A stretch of 64,000 bases of DNA. It comes from Patescibacteria group bacterium (GTDB taxonomy: Bacteria; Patescibacteriota; Patescibacteriia; UBA9570). Position 1 is the stretch's first letter; the number at the start of each line of letters is the position of its first letter. The notes under the pieces were generated by a model. The model saw nothing but the letters and a program-made list of their open reading frames with translations, did not search any database and was not told where the DNA came from. A program made the translations under genes and the position numbers. Shown here piece by piece: positions 63,864-64,000 of the stretch. The stretch spans positions 23,663-87,662 of the forward strand of contig JAJRVJ010000010.1 in assembly GCA_024277435.1 (NCBI GenBank), read 5' to 3'.

Positions 63864-64000
63864 TTAGGCAGTGAGTAATCCTCGCTGCTCTAATTCAGAA
63901 ATTATATGTGTAATACACTCCTTAATCGTTTGCCTTTCTGTATCCACAACAATTTCTGGTTTACTAGGTTCTTCATATGGGGCAGAAATTCCTGTAAAAT
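63864..64000 (-). CDS. 3' end of a minus-strand CDS of unknown function; continues beyond the window
   Basis: Reverse-strand frame reads ...FTGISAPYEEPSKPEIVVDTERQTIKECITHIISELEQRGLLTA*, open to the window edge. Confidence 0.35.
   Translation of the reverse strand, partial: FTGISAPYEEPSKPEIVVDTERQTIKECITHIISELEQRGLLTA

Overview
This looks like a 64-kb piece of a low-GC bacterial chromosome with tightly packed genes and almost no Shine-Dalgarno sequences. I guess a small-genome uncultivated lineage such as Patescibacteria/CPR, at low confidence. No tRNA, rRNA, CRISPR or obvious transposase was seen. The two loci most worth follow-up are a pair of small acidic paralogs each coupled to a large GC-rich signalling protein (a 1181-aa protein and a GGDEF/GGDEL protein), and a tandem triplication of NPP-type phosphodiesterases inside the glycan cluster. 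In-frame stop codons interrupt pheS (TGA) and one GT2 gene (TAA).

Housekeeping genes, in order:
- Nucleotide metabolism: dut (5' end only), tmk, a P-loop kinase, dCMP deaminase.
- rplA-rplK-nusG-secE.
- A CarS/CdsA-like CTP-transferase, gyrB, pheT, and pheS carrying the in-frame TGA.
- A complete atpIBEFHAGDC operon with a near-consensus sigma70 promoter and an apparently leaderless first gene.
- rmuC, tatD, cvpA-like, metG, an AI-2E transporter, an M16 peptidase, dimeric-type glyQS, rpmA, pyrG, rplI, an S41 protease and murA.

The 3' half (about 37.9-63.9 kb) is a large cell-envelope glycan locus:
- rmlA/C/B/D with a Nudix gene.
- A GtrB/ArnC-like polyprenyl-phosphate GT2, a GT4 and three more GT2 genes, one disrupted by an in-frame TAA.
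- Two or three GT-C (PMT/ArnT-like) polytopic membrane proteins.
- Two MOP flippases and a CDP-alcohol phosphatidyltransferase.
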